Shown here piece by piece: positions 28,872-39,218 of a DNA stretch of 64,000 bases (its first letter is position 1; every line of letters begins with the position of its first letter). The notes under the pieces are model-generated. The model was not told where the DNA came from and ran no database searches. It saw nothing but the letters and a program-made list of their open reading frames with translations. This DNA is from Thermoplasmata archaeon (GTDB taxonomy: Archaea > Thermoplasmatota > Thermoplasmata > Thermoplasmatales > GCA-001856825). A program made the translations under genes and the position numbers. The DNA is taken from NCBI GenBank assembly GCA_049965815.1, contig JBMFVV010000002.1:46004-110003 (forward strand), given 5' to 3'.

Positions 28872-30160
28872 CTCTCCATTATGGTAGCAGTCACATAAGT
28901 GCCTGTTCCGGCATGCGAATGAATCAGTCCCCTTTCCGCATTCTTTATCTGCGTCTTGTCTGAGCCGTGGAACTTGCCGGCTACGCCTTGAAGTTGCCAG
29001 AACATTTCAACTCCTTGCATAACTCCTGTTGCTCCAACTGCGTGCATAGCTCCAATAAGACCTCCTGATGGATTGACTGGAAGGTCTCCGTCCAGTGCAG
29101 TAACTCCTTCTTCTATCAATTTTCCGCCTTGTCCATATTTTGTAAGGCCCAGATCTTCATAAGTCTGTATCTCACTGCTTGTATATGCATCATGAAGCTC
29201 TATCACGTCCAGCTGCTTGAGTGGATTCGTTATGCCTGCCATCTTATATGCCTGCCTTGCTGATTCCCTACCTGCTCGGAAAGAGTGAACACCTGGATAC
29301 TCCAGTTTATTGTACCATTCCTTCTTCTCGTGAGGTAGCATAGGTACGCCTGAAATTGTTCTTGGTCTGTCTCCAGCTCTCATAGCATCCGTTCCCGCAC
29401 CGGTACCTGTTATCCATATGGGGGTGTCTGTGATTTTCTTTGCCTTTTCCTCTGATGCGAGTATCATGACTGCAGCTCCGTCGCTCATGAGGCATATATC
29501 CAGTCTCTTCAAAGGGTATGCAACGTATGGCGATTTAAGTACGTCGTCCACAGTTATTTTCCCTGCGTCTTTCATTGCATAGGGATTCATCTTTGGGTTT
29601 GTTTGGGCAAACTTGTTATGTTGTGCATTATTCCTGTTCTTGACAGCTACCATTGCCATCTGTTCTTCAGTCGTTCCAAATTCTTCCATATGTCTCTTCG
29701 CCATCAGGGCGTAATACCCGCTGTAGAATCCCCCTATTGGAAAGTCCCAGTCTGTATCGGAGGCTAGAGCTATGAATTCGTTCCCCTTTGCAGTATTCAC
29801 TTCTGACATCTTTTCGAACCCAATCACCATGGCAACGTCAAGAAGGCCGCTGGCAACGTGAGCGTATGCATCTCTTACTGCAAGTCCTCCAGTTGCACCT
29901 CCGCCTTCAATTCTTACCGAAGGTTTTGGGTTGAATCCAAGGTAGTCTTGGATAATAGAACCAAACAGGAGCTGATTCTCAAAGTGGTCAGAAAAATAGG
30001 AAACTATTGTCCCGTCTATGTCATCTTTGGACAGATTTATGTCGTTATCAAAAAGAGCCATTCTCGCAGCTTCTGCAGCTAATTCTTCCTGTGTTTTATC
30101 CCGCCTTGCTTTGGAAAAATAACTCAAACCTCCGGCAACTACTGCTACTTTTCTTGCCAA
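28868..30160 (-). CDS. Thiolase-fold protein of the archaeal/SCP-x type
   Basis: 430 aa with a TTG start. Thiolase-like segments are present (GGGATGGLAV.., ELHDAYTSSEIQTYEDLGL, NPSGGLIGAMHAVGATG). It is translationally coupled to the DUF35 gene. Confidence 0.8.
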   Translation of the reverse strand: MARKVAVVAGGLSYFSKARRDKTQEELAAEAARMALFDNDINLSKDDIDGTIVSYFSDHFENQLLFGSIIQDYLGFNPKPSVRIEGGGATGGLAVRDAYAHVASGLLDVAMVIGFEKMSEVNTAKGNEFIALASDTDWDFPIGGFYSGYYALMAKRHMEEFGTTEEQMAMVAVKNRNNAQHNKFAQTNPKMNPYAMKDAGKITVDDVLKSPYVAYPLKRLDICLMSDGAAVMILASEEKAKKITDTPIWITGTGAGTDAMRAGDRPRTISGVPMLPHEKKEWYNKLEYPGVHSFRAGRESARQAYKMAGITNPLKQLDVIELHDAYTSSEIQTYEDLGLTKYGQGGKLIEEGVTALDGDLPVNPSGGLIGAMHAVGATGVMQGVEMFWQLQGVAGKFHGSDKTQIKNAERGLIHSHAGTGTYVTATIMER

Positions 30161-30252
30161 TCAATCACCTATTGGGCTAAACCTTAATCGTTAATAAGTG
30201 TTATTTTTTAGAATGGACTATTTCTTCGATAATGATGGGGGAGTTTACAGGA

Positions 30253-32007
30253 TTAATAGTAGTAATATTCCCCGATCTTCCTCTGTTCTGTATCGAGCCT
30301 TGATTCAGGTTTATTTATCCTGGGTCTCTGTGTGTTTTCATCCCTTCTGAATGTTATATTGAGATTTTTCAGGAACAGATTCATTCCGTCTTTTAGGCTC
30401 AACGGTCCATGTGATGTGCCACTCTTGCCGCCCTCACCGGCGAAAACTATGAGAGAGGTAGATATCAGGTCTATGAAATAAATGTCGTGATCTACTACCA
30501 TCACTGCATTCTTGTTGTTTTCAGCGAACCTCTTTATCATTCTAGCTATTATCATTCTCTGATCTGCATCAAGATAAGCTGAGGGCTCGTCAAGAATGTA
30601 AACATCTGCCTCCTTTCCTAGCGTTTTTGCGATGTATACCTTCTGTAGATCCCCGCCAGAAAGTTCGGAAACAAGAGTATCTCCTATACTCTCAAGGTTC
30701 AGAGGACGCATTATATCATTCTTGAACTGACTATCAGAAACCCTGTCGCCCAAACTCATTTCCAAAAATTCGAGAACGGGCATCTGAAATTCAGATTCGG
30801 GGCTCTGTGGCTTGAAGGAGGTTTTGATTGAGTTTGTAATAGATCCACTATCTGGCAGCAGCTCTCCTGCCATCATCTTGACAAATGTCGACTTGCCAGT
30901 TGAATTTGGCCCTATAACGCCAACGACCTGGCCGTGTCTAAGCTCACCCTGCTCAGTGGTCAATTGAAAGTTCTCGAAATTTTTCGTAAGCGATGTCCAT
31001 GAAACGAAAGGAACGAGACTTCTGTCTAGTTCTGGTGGCTTCCTGGAAAATTTGATTTCATAATCCCTGAACTTCATGTTCTCCTGTTTAATGTATCCGT
31101 CGAGATAGGTGTTTATGGCCTGTCTTGTGGCATACGAACTGCTAACAATTCCGTATCCTCTTGCCTCCCCATATGTGAGATACACATAATCGGTCATAAA
31201 GTCCAAAATTGCAAGGTCGTGTTCAACGACCACTACTTTCTTGGTTTCTGAAAGCTTCCTGAGCATTCCGGCGATTTTCAGTCTTTGAGAGATGTCAAGA
31301 TATGACGAAGGTTCATCAAAGAAGTAAAGATCTGCTTGTTTCAGCAGAGCAGCAGATATTGCAAGAAGTTGAAGCTCCCCTCCAGACAAGTACTTCACGT
31401 CCTTATCAAATATTCCTCCAATTCCCATTTCTTCAAGTTTCTGCCTTCCGTTTTCCCCATATTGTTTTAGTAGTTCGCTCACCTTGCCGGAGAAATGCTT
31501 GGAAATTGAATCTACATATTGTGGTTTTAGGGAAATTTTCAAATTACCAGAATATACCCCGCTTAGATATTCCCCCAAATAAGTGCCTTTATACTTCTCA
31601 AGAACCTTTTCCCTGCTTGCGTCCTCCTTGCCAAAGTTAGGAATAAGTGAACCGTTTAGAATGTTCAGGATGGTCGTTTTCCCTGTTCCGTTCTGTCCTA
31701 GCAGTCCAATGACCCCTTTTATTTCCAATGAAGGAAGGCCGTAAAGTACGAAACCGTTCGCCCCATACCTGTGAACTTCCTTTCCGTTCTGTCTCTCAGG
31801 AACTCCTATAATCTTTATAGCTTCATATGGACATCGATGCGCACATATGCCACAGCCAATACAAAGCTCCTCGTGAATCTGAGGATATCCGTTTTCCATA
31901 AAGTCTACTGCCATTATTTCGTTTCTTACCGGAGGGCAGTAATACTGACATTCCTGTCGGCAGTTTTTAAAGTGACACTTATCCAGGTCTATGACGGCTA
32001 CGTGCAT
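30253..32007 (-). CDS. ABCE1 / RNase L inhibitor-type ribosome-recycling ATPase
   Basis: 584 aa. The N-terminal FeS domain reads CQYYCP..CIGCGICAHRCP. Two ABC cassettes follow (GLLGQNGTGKTT and GVIGPNSTGKST, each with LSGGELQ/LSGGDLQ). Confidence 0.95.
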   Translation of the reverse strand: MHVAVIDLDKCHFKNCRQECQYYCPPVRNEIMAVDFMENGYPQIHEELCIGCGICAHRCPYEAIKIIGVPERQNGKEVHRYGANGFVLYGLPSLEIKGVIGLLGQNGTGKTTILNILNGSLIPNFGKEDASREKVLEKYKGTYLGEYLSGVYSGNLKISLKPQYVDSISKHFSGKVSELLKQYGENGRQKLEEMGIGGIFDKDVKYLSGGELQLLAISAALLKQADLYFFDEPSSYLDISQRLKIAGMLRKLSETKKVVVVEHDLAILDFMTDYVYLTYGEARGYGIVSSSYATRQAINTYLDGYIKQENMKFRDYEIKFSRKPPELDRSLVPFVSWTSLTKNFENFQLTTEQGELRHGQVVGVIGPNSTGKSTFVKMMAGELLPDSGSITNSIKTSFKPQSPESEFQMPVLEFLEMSLGDRVSDSQFKNDIMRPLNLESIGDTLVSELSGGDLQKVYIAKTLGKEADVYILDEPSAYLDADQRMIIARMIKRFAENNKNAVMVVDHDIYFIDLISTSLIVFAGEGGKSGTSHGPLSLKDGMNLFLKNLNITFRRDENTQRPRINKPESRLDTEQRKIGEYYYY

Positions 32008-32013
32008 TTCAAC

Positions 32014-32430
32014 CTATATCTTCATCTTCCAGACATCGTCGGGAAGCCCATCGTAGACCATTGATTCGGTCGATACAACTTCATCAATTTTCGTTCCGTC
32101 TGCGTAAGCTAGTTTCCTTACGTTCTCAGGCCTAATAAGCCAATAGTGAATTCTCCACTCTCTTCCATCAAAGAGTGTCGTCTCTTCCCTTTCAGTATCC
32201 AAAATGCCAAGATCTTCAAGCATGTAGAATGCATCCCTATCCTCTGGTTCAAGCATATTATCTATCACATATCTACTATAGCCGAAGAAGTTGAGTACGT
32301 GGAAGGCTATGTCATACGCTTCCTGCTCGCTCATCCTCTTGCTCTGCCTACTCATCCCATTTGATATTGCCCTAGCCATTAGGTCAACCGTAATAGGTCC
32401 ATCAGCAAATGATTGTTCTACCAGAGTCAT
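32014..32430 (-). CDS. Hypothetical protein (138 aa) immediately upstream of ABCE1
   Basis: Clean ORF on the same strand, ending 6 nt before the ABCE1 start. I recognise no family. Confidence 0.5.
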   Translation of the reverse strand: MTLVEQSFADGPITVDLMARAISNGMSRQSKRMSEQEAYDIAFHVLNFFGYSRYVIDNMLEPEDRDAFYMLEDLGILDTEREETTLFDGREWRIHYWLIRPENVRKLAYADGTKIDEVVSTESMVYDGLPDDVWKMKI

Positions 32431-32610
32431 ATGAAGTCACTTGACTTTCATGTAAGTACAAAAAAGCTTATAAACTTAGTTATTGAAAATGAGGACTTCA
32501 TAATTATTGTAAGAGGCCTAAATATATCGCATCGAATGTTATTGTCGTTATTGGAAAGGATGGCATATTATTCCAAAAAATATTAAATCAACGAATTCCT
32601 GACGATTAAT

Positions 32611-33549
32611 ATGATTGAATTTGACAGTGAGATGGTCGTAAGGTTCCAGGACATGCGATCTCCTATCAGCTACTTTTCAAAGGTTTATGGGTTTAATGGC
32701 TACCTCAATTATTACAAGAAGGGAAATAAGACAGAAGCCGTAGTTACATATCTTAGGGAAGGCAAGACAATGGACGATCTGAGGAAAGCTATCAGGTCTC
32801 GTGGCTTTGAGTTCGTAGATAGAAAGGCAGGCGTTTCGGTAAAGGTTGGGGAGGAGTGCTATGTATGCGAAGTGATAGAGTCACTCATGAGCATAGACAA
32901 TACACTAATAGAGGTGCCAATATTTGTTGCTGACGGCGACATAATTATCAGGATCAAGTTCTTCAAGTCATCTGCACAGTTACAGAGAATCGTCTTCAAA
33001 GATTCAGAGAATAGAGACTTTTTCAGCATAGATTATCTGGGTCCAATAAGGAGCGACAAGGACTGGATTTTAGAGAATGAAAAGGGATGGGAGATGAAAA
33101 AACTAATTTTCTATGTTGTCCCAACAAACTCTTTCACACTCAAGTATTCCAAGTCCAACAAGAATTTCACGGCTGGTATATCCGTGAGGGGTGTTGACAG
33201 GTCTGGGTTCCTAAATGTGTTTTATGAGGTCAATGGAGATTACCCCGAATGGGAGAACGAGCTGAAAAAACAGGCAAAAGTATTCAAGCCAATACTAAAG
33301 CTTGAAAATGGATCCAAGGTCTTTCACGCAATTGTACCCGAAGAAGGGATTCTGATAGATCCTTACAAGCTTACAGATGTAGATCTTCCCTTCAACTATT
33401 CCCTGGAAATATCTGGTGAAAGATCTAAAGTTACGATGATATTCGAGAAGAGTAGTTTGGATTCCTTCTTTAGGTCAATAGGTCAGATAAAGGAGGAGGA
33501 GCTACAGGATTCCCAGCTTGAGATAAAGTCAGTTGAGAAGTATCCTTAG
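32611..33549 (+). CDS. Hypothetical protein (312 aa)
   Basis: Long ORF with no competing frame and no recognisable motifs. Confidence 0.5.
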   Translation: MIEFDSEMVVRFQDMRSPISYFSKVYGFNGYLNYYKKGNKTEAVVTYLREGKTMDDLRKAIRSRGFEFVDRKAGVSVKVGEECYVCEVIESLMSIDNTLIEVPIFVADGDIIIRIKFFKSSAQLQRIVFKDSENRDFFSIDYLGPIRSDKDWILENEKGWEMKKLIFYVVPTNSFTLKYSKSNKNFTAGISVRGVDRSGFLNVFYEVNGDYPEWENELKKQAKVFKPILKLENGSKVFHAIVPEEGILIDPYKLTDVDLPFNYSLEISGERSKVTMIFEKSSLDSFFRSIGQIKEEELQDSQLEIKSVEKYP

Positions 33550-33622
33550 ATCTTTAGAGGATTGTACTAAAATTCGAAAGTTGTACCAATAATTAGTTAA
33601 TATATGCACCAGTCTTACTAAT

Positions 33623-34753
33623 ATGAGAAAAGCACTAATACTGACAATGGTGGTAGTGTTTGCCCTCATGGCAGTTCCTCTTAGTTCTGCCACTGTAATC
33701 CATGCCACCATAAACACTAAGACGAATGAGGGTTACGTCAACGCGACGAGCAACTACGTTCTCTACTACAATTATCCTAGCAATAGTTCAACGGCACAAA
33801 TGTTGAATGGAACAGTTATGTGGATGAATGCTACCTCATATCTCAATAGCACAGGGAGGCAGTTCCTGGAACAAAATATGAATGAGTATCAACACCAGAA
33901 TCAGGACAGAAATCATCATGGAAATGATGCAAATGATGCCAATAACTCCATTAATTCAACTGCGAATTCAACAGGAGACTCGAACTTGACAACAAATGCC
34001 ACGACGAACTCAACCCTTCCTACAGTACACGTAGTGAACGCAACACTAAACTACCAGCTGCATGTATTTGCAAACAAGACTAACATGACCATATACAGGA
34101 ATCTTACGATCGGGCTGAAGATTTCGAACATAACTAAGAAAGTTGGAAACAACACTACGGTAATTGACATGTCGTGGAGGGCATTCAGGGTTCAGGGTGA
34201 ACTGATGAGTGACTTTAGAGGCAATCTAGAGATAAAAAATCCATTCAACGGTCTGAAGGAACAATCTAACGTAAACACCAACATGGATGTCAACATGCTG
34301 GGAGATATGGGAGATTTCGGCGGAGATGGACAAGGAAACATGTTCCAGATAGGGTCATTCTTCATGAATGATGGATTCGGGAGCCACGTGTTTAACTACG
34401 AAACCATAAACTTCCACGTGTTTTCAGTTCCACTACAGCAATGGACAAGAGTATACAATCCTGCTGCAAACAGTACGACGTTCTTCTATAATGCAACATC
34501 AAATTACTCTCTGAACGAATCAGTGAGTGTAAATGGCCTAAACTATTCAATCAAACTGATGACCGACCCCAGTGCAGCTATTACCACAAATGGGCAGGCT
34601 ACCCCTACCTCGTCAAACGAGCTCGCTGTTTCAACTGCCCCGGCACCGGTATCAACACTATCAATAACTGACATTCTTGTGTCGGTTGGAATAATAGTGA
34701 TAGTAGCGATTGGGCTATCAGTTGTAATGATGCGCAGGAGAACAAAGAAGTAG
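33623..34753 (+). CDS. Secreted, C-terminally anchored Asn-rich surface (glyco)protein
   Basis: Signal peptide MRKALILTMVVVFALMAVPLSSA. The C-terminal TM segment plus basic tail reads ILVSVGIIVIVAIGLSVVMMRRRTKK. I count about 23 N-x-S/T sequons. A low-complexity Asn/Thr tract spans aa 91-131 (nt 33893-34015). Confidence 0.6.
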   Translation: MRKALILTMVVVFALMAVPLSSATVIHATINTKTNEGYVNATSNYVLYYNYPSNSSTAQMLNGTVMWMNATSYLNSTGRQFLEQNMNEYQHQNQDRNHHGNDANDANNSINSTANSTGDSNLTTNATTNSTLPTVHVVNATLNYQLHVFANKTNMTIYRNLTIGLKISNITKKVGNNTTVIDMSWRAFRVQGELMSDFRGNLEIKNPFNGLKEQSNVNTNMDVNMLGDMGDFGGDGQGNMFQIGSFFMNDGFGSHVFNYETINFHVFSVPLQQWTRVYNPAANSTTFFYNATSNYSLNESVSVNGLNYSIKLMTDPSAAITTNGQATPTSSNELAVSTAPAPVSTLSITDILVSVGIIVIVAIGLSVVMMRRRTKK

Positions 34754-34768
34754 CGAATAAAGCTTATT

Positions 34769-34789
34769 CTTTTTTTATTTATTCTTTTA
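34769..34789 (+). terminator. Oligo-T tract downstream of the surface-protein gene
   Basis: The sequence cttttttttatttattctttt begins 16 nt after the stop. Archaeal termination commonly uses T-runs. Confidence 0.35.
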
Positions 34790-34850
34790 TCCCTTTAAAA
34801 TAAGAATTTCAGGGAAAAGCAGATATATTATTTTTCATAACCAATTCTCG

Positions 34851-37211
34851 ATGTATAATATTGAATCTTATGCCTTAAAATTTGACTTCAAATTTAAAGA
34901 CTTAAAGTATGAATGTACTGAAACCGTGAAGGGTAAATTTTCTGGATCCGTTGAATTTGACAGTGAAAATCTATCAATCCATTCTGTTAAGGTGGATGGA
35001 ACAGATGAAAAGTTTAATGTTTCTGCCAAAAAACTGATTTTAAGTTCCGCTGACGGGAGCGAGATCACAATAAATTTTTCAGGGAATGTGTCGGAGACTT
35101 CTCTGATGGGCATCCACGATGTTAAATATGAGAATGGACACATTATAACTACACAAATGGAACCCACGGGGGCCAGATCAGTATTTCCGTGCGTGGACGA
35201 ACCAGCCGCTAAGGCAAAATTCAAGGTGGAAATTAACGTAGACGAGGAAGTAGAAGTAATATTCAACACACGCCACGTATTGAGAGAACTGGGTAACGGT
35301 AAATCACATTTTGTCTTTGACGAGACTCCACCTATGTCCACTTATCTCATATACATAGGCATAGGAAAATTCCAAACAATCTCCAAGAAAAATAAGGAAA
35401 GGACCCTTTATGTTGCCACGTCACCTGGAAAAGCAAAGGAGGGAGAATTCTCTCTAAATCTACTCAGTAAACTATTCACTAAATATGAGGCGTATTACAA
35501 GATAAGATTCCCACTTCCAAAGATGCACCTTATAGCACTGCCTCAGTTTGGTGCAGGCGCAATGGAGAACTGGGGGGCCATAACATTCAGGGAGACGGCG
35601 CTACTGGTAAATCAGTCAACTAGTTTCGCCTATAAGAAGCAGATAGGCTACGTAGTATCGCACGAATTTGCGCATCAGTGGTTTGGCGATCTTGTAACGA
35701 TGAAGTGGTGGGATGATCTATGGCTTAATGAATCGTTTGCGACATTCGTGGGTTACAAGATACTTACAAAGGTCTACAGTGACTGGAATTTGTGGGAGGA
35801 TTTCCAGCTCCAGGAGACGCTGTCCTCGATGCAGAAGGATGGCCTGCTTTCCACCCACCCAATTAGGGTAGAGGTGAAGGATCCCGACGAGATATCCGAA
35901 ATATTCGATGACATCAGTTACGGAAAAGGTGCATCAATACTTCGCATGATAGAGGAGTTCATTCGCGAGTCCAGGTTCAGGGAGGGAATATACCAGTATC
36001 TGAAAAGTCATCAATACTCTAACGCTTCTGGGGAGGATCTTTGGTCATCGCTTTCGGCTGCAAGCAAGATAGATGTTAGCAGTCTCATGAAATCTTGGCT
36101 TGAAAAAGGGGGTTTCCCTCTCGTAAGGATAAGGGAAAATGGCCAATGGCTCTCCATATCTCAGCAGAAGTTTTCATATCTCGATAACGACGACCAGTAC
36201 ATCTGGCAAATACCCCTGTTCATAGATGTTTCCGGAAAGAAACGCAGAATACTGTTAAAGGGGAAGGAAACTAGGATCAAGAACCAGGAAAATCTTAAGA
36301 TAAATCAAAATGGAGAAGGATATTACAGACTACTCTTTGAAGGTGACTTGATATACAAGATGCTCAGCAGCGAGTCGTCACCAGAATTTGTGATGAAGCT
36401 CATAGATGACTATTATGCCTTCCTTCTGTCCGGTATAATAGATTTGCAACAATTCATTTCAATTGTTGACAGACTCAAGGAAAGGAATGAATACAGCATT
36501 GTCCTGCGGTTAGAATCAATACTGTCAGAATTGAACACTATAATGGACTCTGAAGCAATCAGTTCCCTCTTTGTGAATTTCCTGAGGGAGAAGCTTAACA
36601 GGTTTAATCAATCAGACGACGAGAATTCAAAGGTTGTACTTGAAAGGATACTGACTGCTATGGCAATAAATGATAAAGATTTCAGAATTACAGAAATGTC
36701 GAAGCTTGACAATTATTCCAGTGTGATGGCAGAGGAAAGAAGCGCCGTACTGATATCGTCCGTAATTGAGGGGTATAAGAAGGATAGGCTATGGGATATG
36801 CTGAAGTCTCCAGAGAATGACATGGAGCTTGTCAGGGTCATGCGCGCAATGGCTCACCTGCCTAAGAATGATGAAGTTACAGATTTCCTTGATTTCATAA
36901 AAGGGAAGCCGGAGTACAGAGGGAACTTCATATATCCTCTCTTCGAAGTCATTTTGTGCAAAAACTACAGAAAGGAAATATGGAAGTGGGTCTCGCAAAA
37001 CTTGGGCTTAATAAGGGAGGTATTCGTAGGGAGCAGCACTGTTTCAAGGTTAATAGAAGAGCTCATAGCGGTTGCCGGAATTGGAAACAGGGATCTTGTC
37101 AACAATTTCATAGCGAGGGAAAATGTGCCTGAGGCTGCCAGAGCAATAAAGAACGGACAGGAAAAACTGGAGATCAATGAAAGACTGATACGGAGAACAG
37201 TCAAATCATAA
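34851..37211 (+). CDS. M1-family zinc aminopeptidase (tricorn-interacting factor F2/F3-like)
   Basis: 786 aa with the motifs GAMENWG, HEFAHQWFGDLVT (HExxH) and LWLNESFA. Confidence 0.9.
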   Translation: MYNIESYALKFDFKFKDLKYECTETVKGKFSGSVEFDSENLSIHSVKVDGTDEKFNVSAKKLILSSADGSEITINFSGNVSETSLMGIHDVKYENGHIITTQMEPTGARSVFPCVDEPAAKAKFKVEINVDEEVEVIFNTRHVLRELGNGKSHFVFDETPPMSTYLIYIGIGKFQTISKKNKERTLYVATSPGKAKEGEFSLNLLSKLFTKYEAYYKIRFPLPKMHLIALPQFGAGAMENWGAITFRETALLVNQSTSFAYKKQIGYVVSHEFAHQWFGDLVTMKWWDDLWLNESFATFVGYKILTKVYSDWNLWEDFQLQETLSSMQKDGLLSTHPIRVEVKDPDEISEIFDDISYGKGASILRMIEEFIRESRFREGIYQYLKSHQYSNASGEDLWSSLSAASKIDVSSLMKSWLEKGGFPLVRIRENGQWLSISQQKFSYLDNDDQYIWQIPLFIDVSGKKRRILLKGKETRIKNQENLKINQNGEGYYRLLFEGDLIYKMLSSESSPEFVMKLIDDYYAFLLSGIIDLQQFISIVDRLKERNEYSIVLRLESILSELNTIMDSEAISSLFVNFLREKLNRFNQSDDENSKVVLERILTAMAINDKDFRITEMSKLDNYSSVMAEERSAVLISSVIEGYKKDRLWDMLKSPENDMELVRVMRAMAHLPKNDEVTDFLDFIKGKPEYRGNFIYPLFEVILCKNYRKEIWKWVSQNLGLIREVFVGSSTVSRLIEELIAVAGIGNRDLVNNFIARENVPEAARAIKNGQEKLEINERLIRRTVKS

Positions 37212-37249
37212 TCGATTTATAATATTCGTCAATTAGGAAGAGATAAAAA

Positions 37250-38350
37250 ATGAACTTATACGAGTATCAAGCAAAGGAACTTTTTAAAAAATATGGTATT
37301 GCAATTCCATTAGGGAAACATGTAGCTAACGAAAAAGACCTCCAGTGGGATAAATTCCCTGTTGTGGTTAAGGCTCAGGTTCTAACCGGTGGGAGGGGAA
37401 AAGCGGGGGGAATCAAGTTCGCAAATGATGCCAATGATCTGAAGGAGAAGGGGAAGGAAGTACTTGCCATGAGCATCAAGGGATTAAAGGTAAGGAGTCT
37501 TCTACTTGAAGAAAAGCTTGACATTGCAAAGGAGTACTACCTTTCCATAACTCTTGACAGGAGTTCAAAGAGGCCAATAATCATTGCATCCACATCTGGT
37601 GGTATCGAGATAGAAGACGTACCTGACTCAAAGATCGTAAAATACTGGATTGACCCGACAATAGGGTATTCATCCTTTGTGGGAAGGGAAGTTGCATTCA
37701 AGCTTAATCTTCCCCCTGACGAATCGAAGCAGTTCCAGGATATACTTGCCAAGATGTTTTCACTTTATGAAGGCTACGACTGCGAGCTTGTTGAAATCAA
37801 TCCACTCGTAGTCCTCAAGAATGGTAAAGTCCTAGCAGGTGACGCGAAAATAGTAGTGGACTCGGACTCTCTCTTCAGGCATACCGACCTTTCCGAGAAC
37901 CCCGCCGAAAGGACAGATCTCGAGGAACTTGCATATAAGAGAGGATATGCACTGGTAGAGCTTGGCGGTGATATTGGTGTCATAGCTAATGGGGCTGGTC
38001 TCACAATGGCAACTCTAGACGGTCTGACATTGAAAGGCCTTCAGCCGAAGAATTTCCTTGATCTAGGTGGGAGCGACGACGTTGAGAAAGTTGTCGGTGC
38101 ATTTGAAATCCTCAAAGAAGCCAAGATAAGGGCTATTCTCATCAACATATTCGGTGGAGTCACTCACTGCGATACCGTTGCGAATGGCATAGCAGAAGCA
38201 AAGAAGAGAGTTGGCATAAACGTTCCCATAGTTGTGAGACTCTCAGGAGTGAATGAAGACATCGGCAGGGGAATATTGAAGGAAAATGGGATCGAGGCGT
38301 ATTCAGATATGATGAATGCAATAAATGAAGTTGTGGAAGTGGTGAAGTAA
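37250..38350 (+). CDS. sucC: Succinyl-CoA synthetase beta subunit
   Basis: 366 aa with the N-terminus MNLYEYQAKELFKKYGI, an ATP-grasp domain, and NIFGGVTHCDTVANGI. Confidence 0.9.
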   Translation: MNLYEYQAKELFKKYGIAIPLGKHVANEKDLQWDKFPVVVKAQVLTGGRGKAGGIKFANDANDLKEKGKEVLAMSIKGLKVRSLLLEEKLDIAKEYYLSITLDRSSKRPIIIASTSGGIEIEDVPDSKIVKYWIDPTIGYSSFVGREVAFKLNLPPDESKQFQDILAKMFSLYEGYDCELVEINPLVVLKNGKVLAGDAKIVVDSDSLFRHTDLSENPAERTDLEELAYKRGYALVELGGDIGVIANGAGLTMATLDGLTLKGLQPKNFLDLGGSDDVEKVVGAFEILKEAKIRAILINIFGGVTHCDTVANGIAEAKKRVGINVPIVVRLSGVNEDIGRGILKENGIEAYSDMMNAINEVVEVVK

Positions 38351-38351
38351 G

Positions 38352-39218
38352 ATGAGTATTCTTGTTAACGAAGATACCAGGATTCTCGTTCAGGGGATTA
38401 CTGGTCACCAGGGCTCGTTCAATGCAATTCAGATGCAGAAATTCGGATCAAAAGTAGTTGCTGGAACATCCCCCGGAAAGGGAGGAACAGAAGTAAGTGG
38501 GATAAAGGTTTACAACACAGTTAGTGACGCTATGGTGGAAGAGCCTAATGCTACGTTCATTTCTGTTGCAGCGCCCTATGTGCTTGATGCTGCAAAGGAA
38601 GCAATGTACAGTGGAATAGATCTGATTTACATACTGACGGAAAAGGTACCTTATCAGGACACTATGAAGATAGTAAGCCTTGCTAACAAATTGGGTAAAA
38701 GGGCTATAGGACCAAATGGACCGGGTGCAACATCTCCGTTTACTTGCAAACTGGGGATTATGCCAAATCAAATATTTAAAAAGGGGGACGTGGGAGTGAT
38801 TTCCAGAAGCGGCACTTTGACATATGAAATAGTTAACCAGATTACAGTAAATGGTTTAGGAGAAAGTACGGTGGTCGGACTAGGCGGGGACCCCGTTACA
38901 GGTATGAATTACATAGATGCGTTGAAAGAATTCAAGAAGGATGAACAGACCGCTGCCGTGGCGATGGTGGGAGAAATTGGAGGAACTGCAGAAGAAGAAG
39001 CTGCAGAATACATCAAGAATAATTTCAACAAGCCTGTAGTCAGTTATATAACTGGAAGAAGTGCGCCACCAGGCAAAAGAATGGGACATGCCGGTGCAAT
39101 CATATCTAGGGGAAAGGGAACGGCAGAGTCAAAAGTAAAGGCATTGGAAGAAGCGGGCGTAAAAGTAGCATCTTATCCCTACGAGATACCTACACTATTG
39201 AAAGAGGTGCTGAAATGA
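38352..39218 (+). CDS. sucD: Succinyl-CoA synthetase alpha subunit
   Basis: 288 aa with motifs VQGITGHQGSF, ISRSGTLTYE and the active-site His segment GKRMGHAGAII. Confidence 0.9.
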   Translation: MSILVNEDTRILVQGITGHQGSFNAIQMQKFGSKVVAGTSPGKGGTEVSGIKVYNTVSDAMVEEPNATFISVAAPYVLDAAKEAMYSGIDLIYILTEKVPYQDTMKIVSLANKLGKRAIGPNGPGATSPFTCKLGIMPNQIFKKGDVGVISRSGTLTYEIVNQITVNGLGESTVVGLGGDPVTGMNYIDALKEFKKDEQTAAVAMVGEIGGTAEEEAAEYIKNNFNKPVVSYITGRSAPPGKRMGHAGAIISRGKGTAESKVKALEEAGVKVASYPYEIPTLLKEVLK

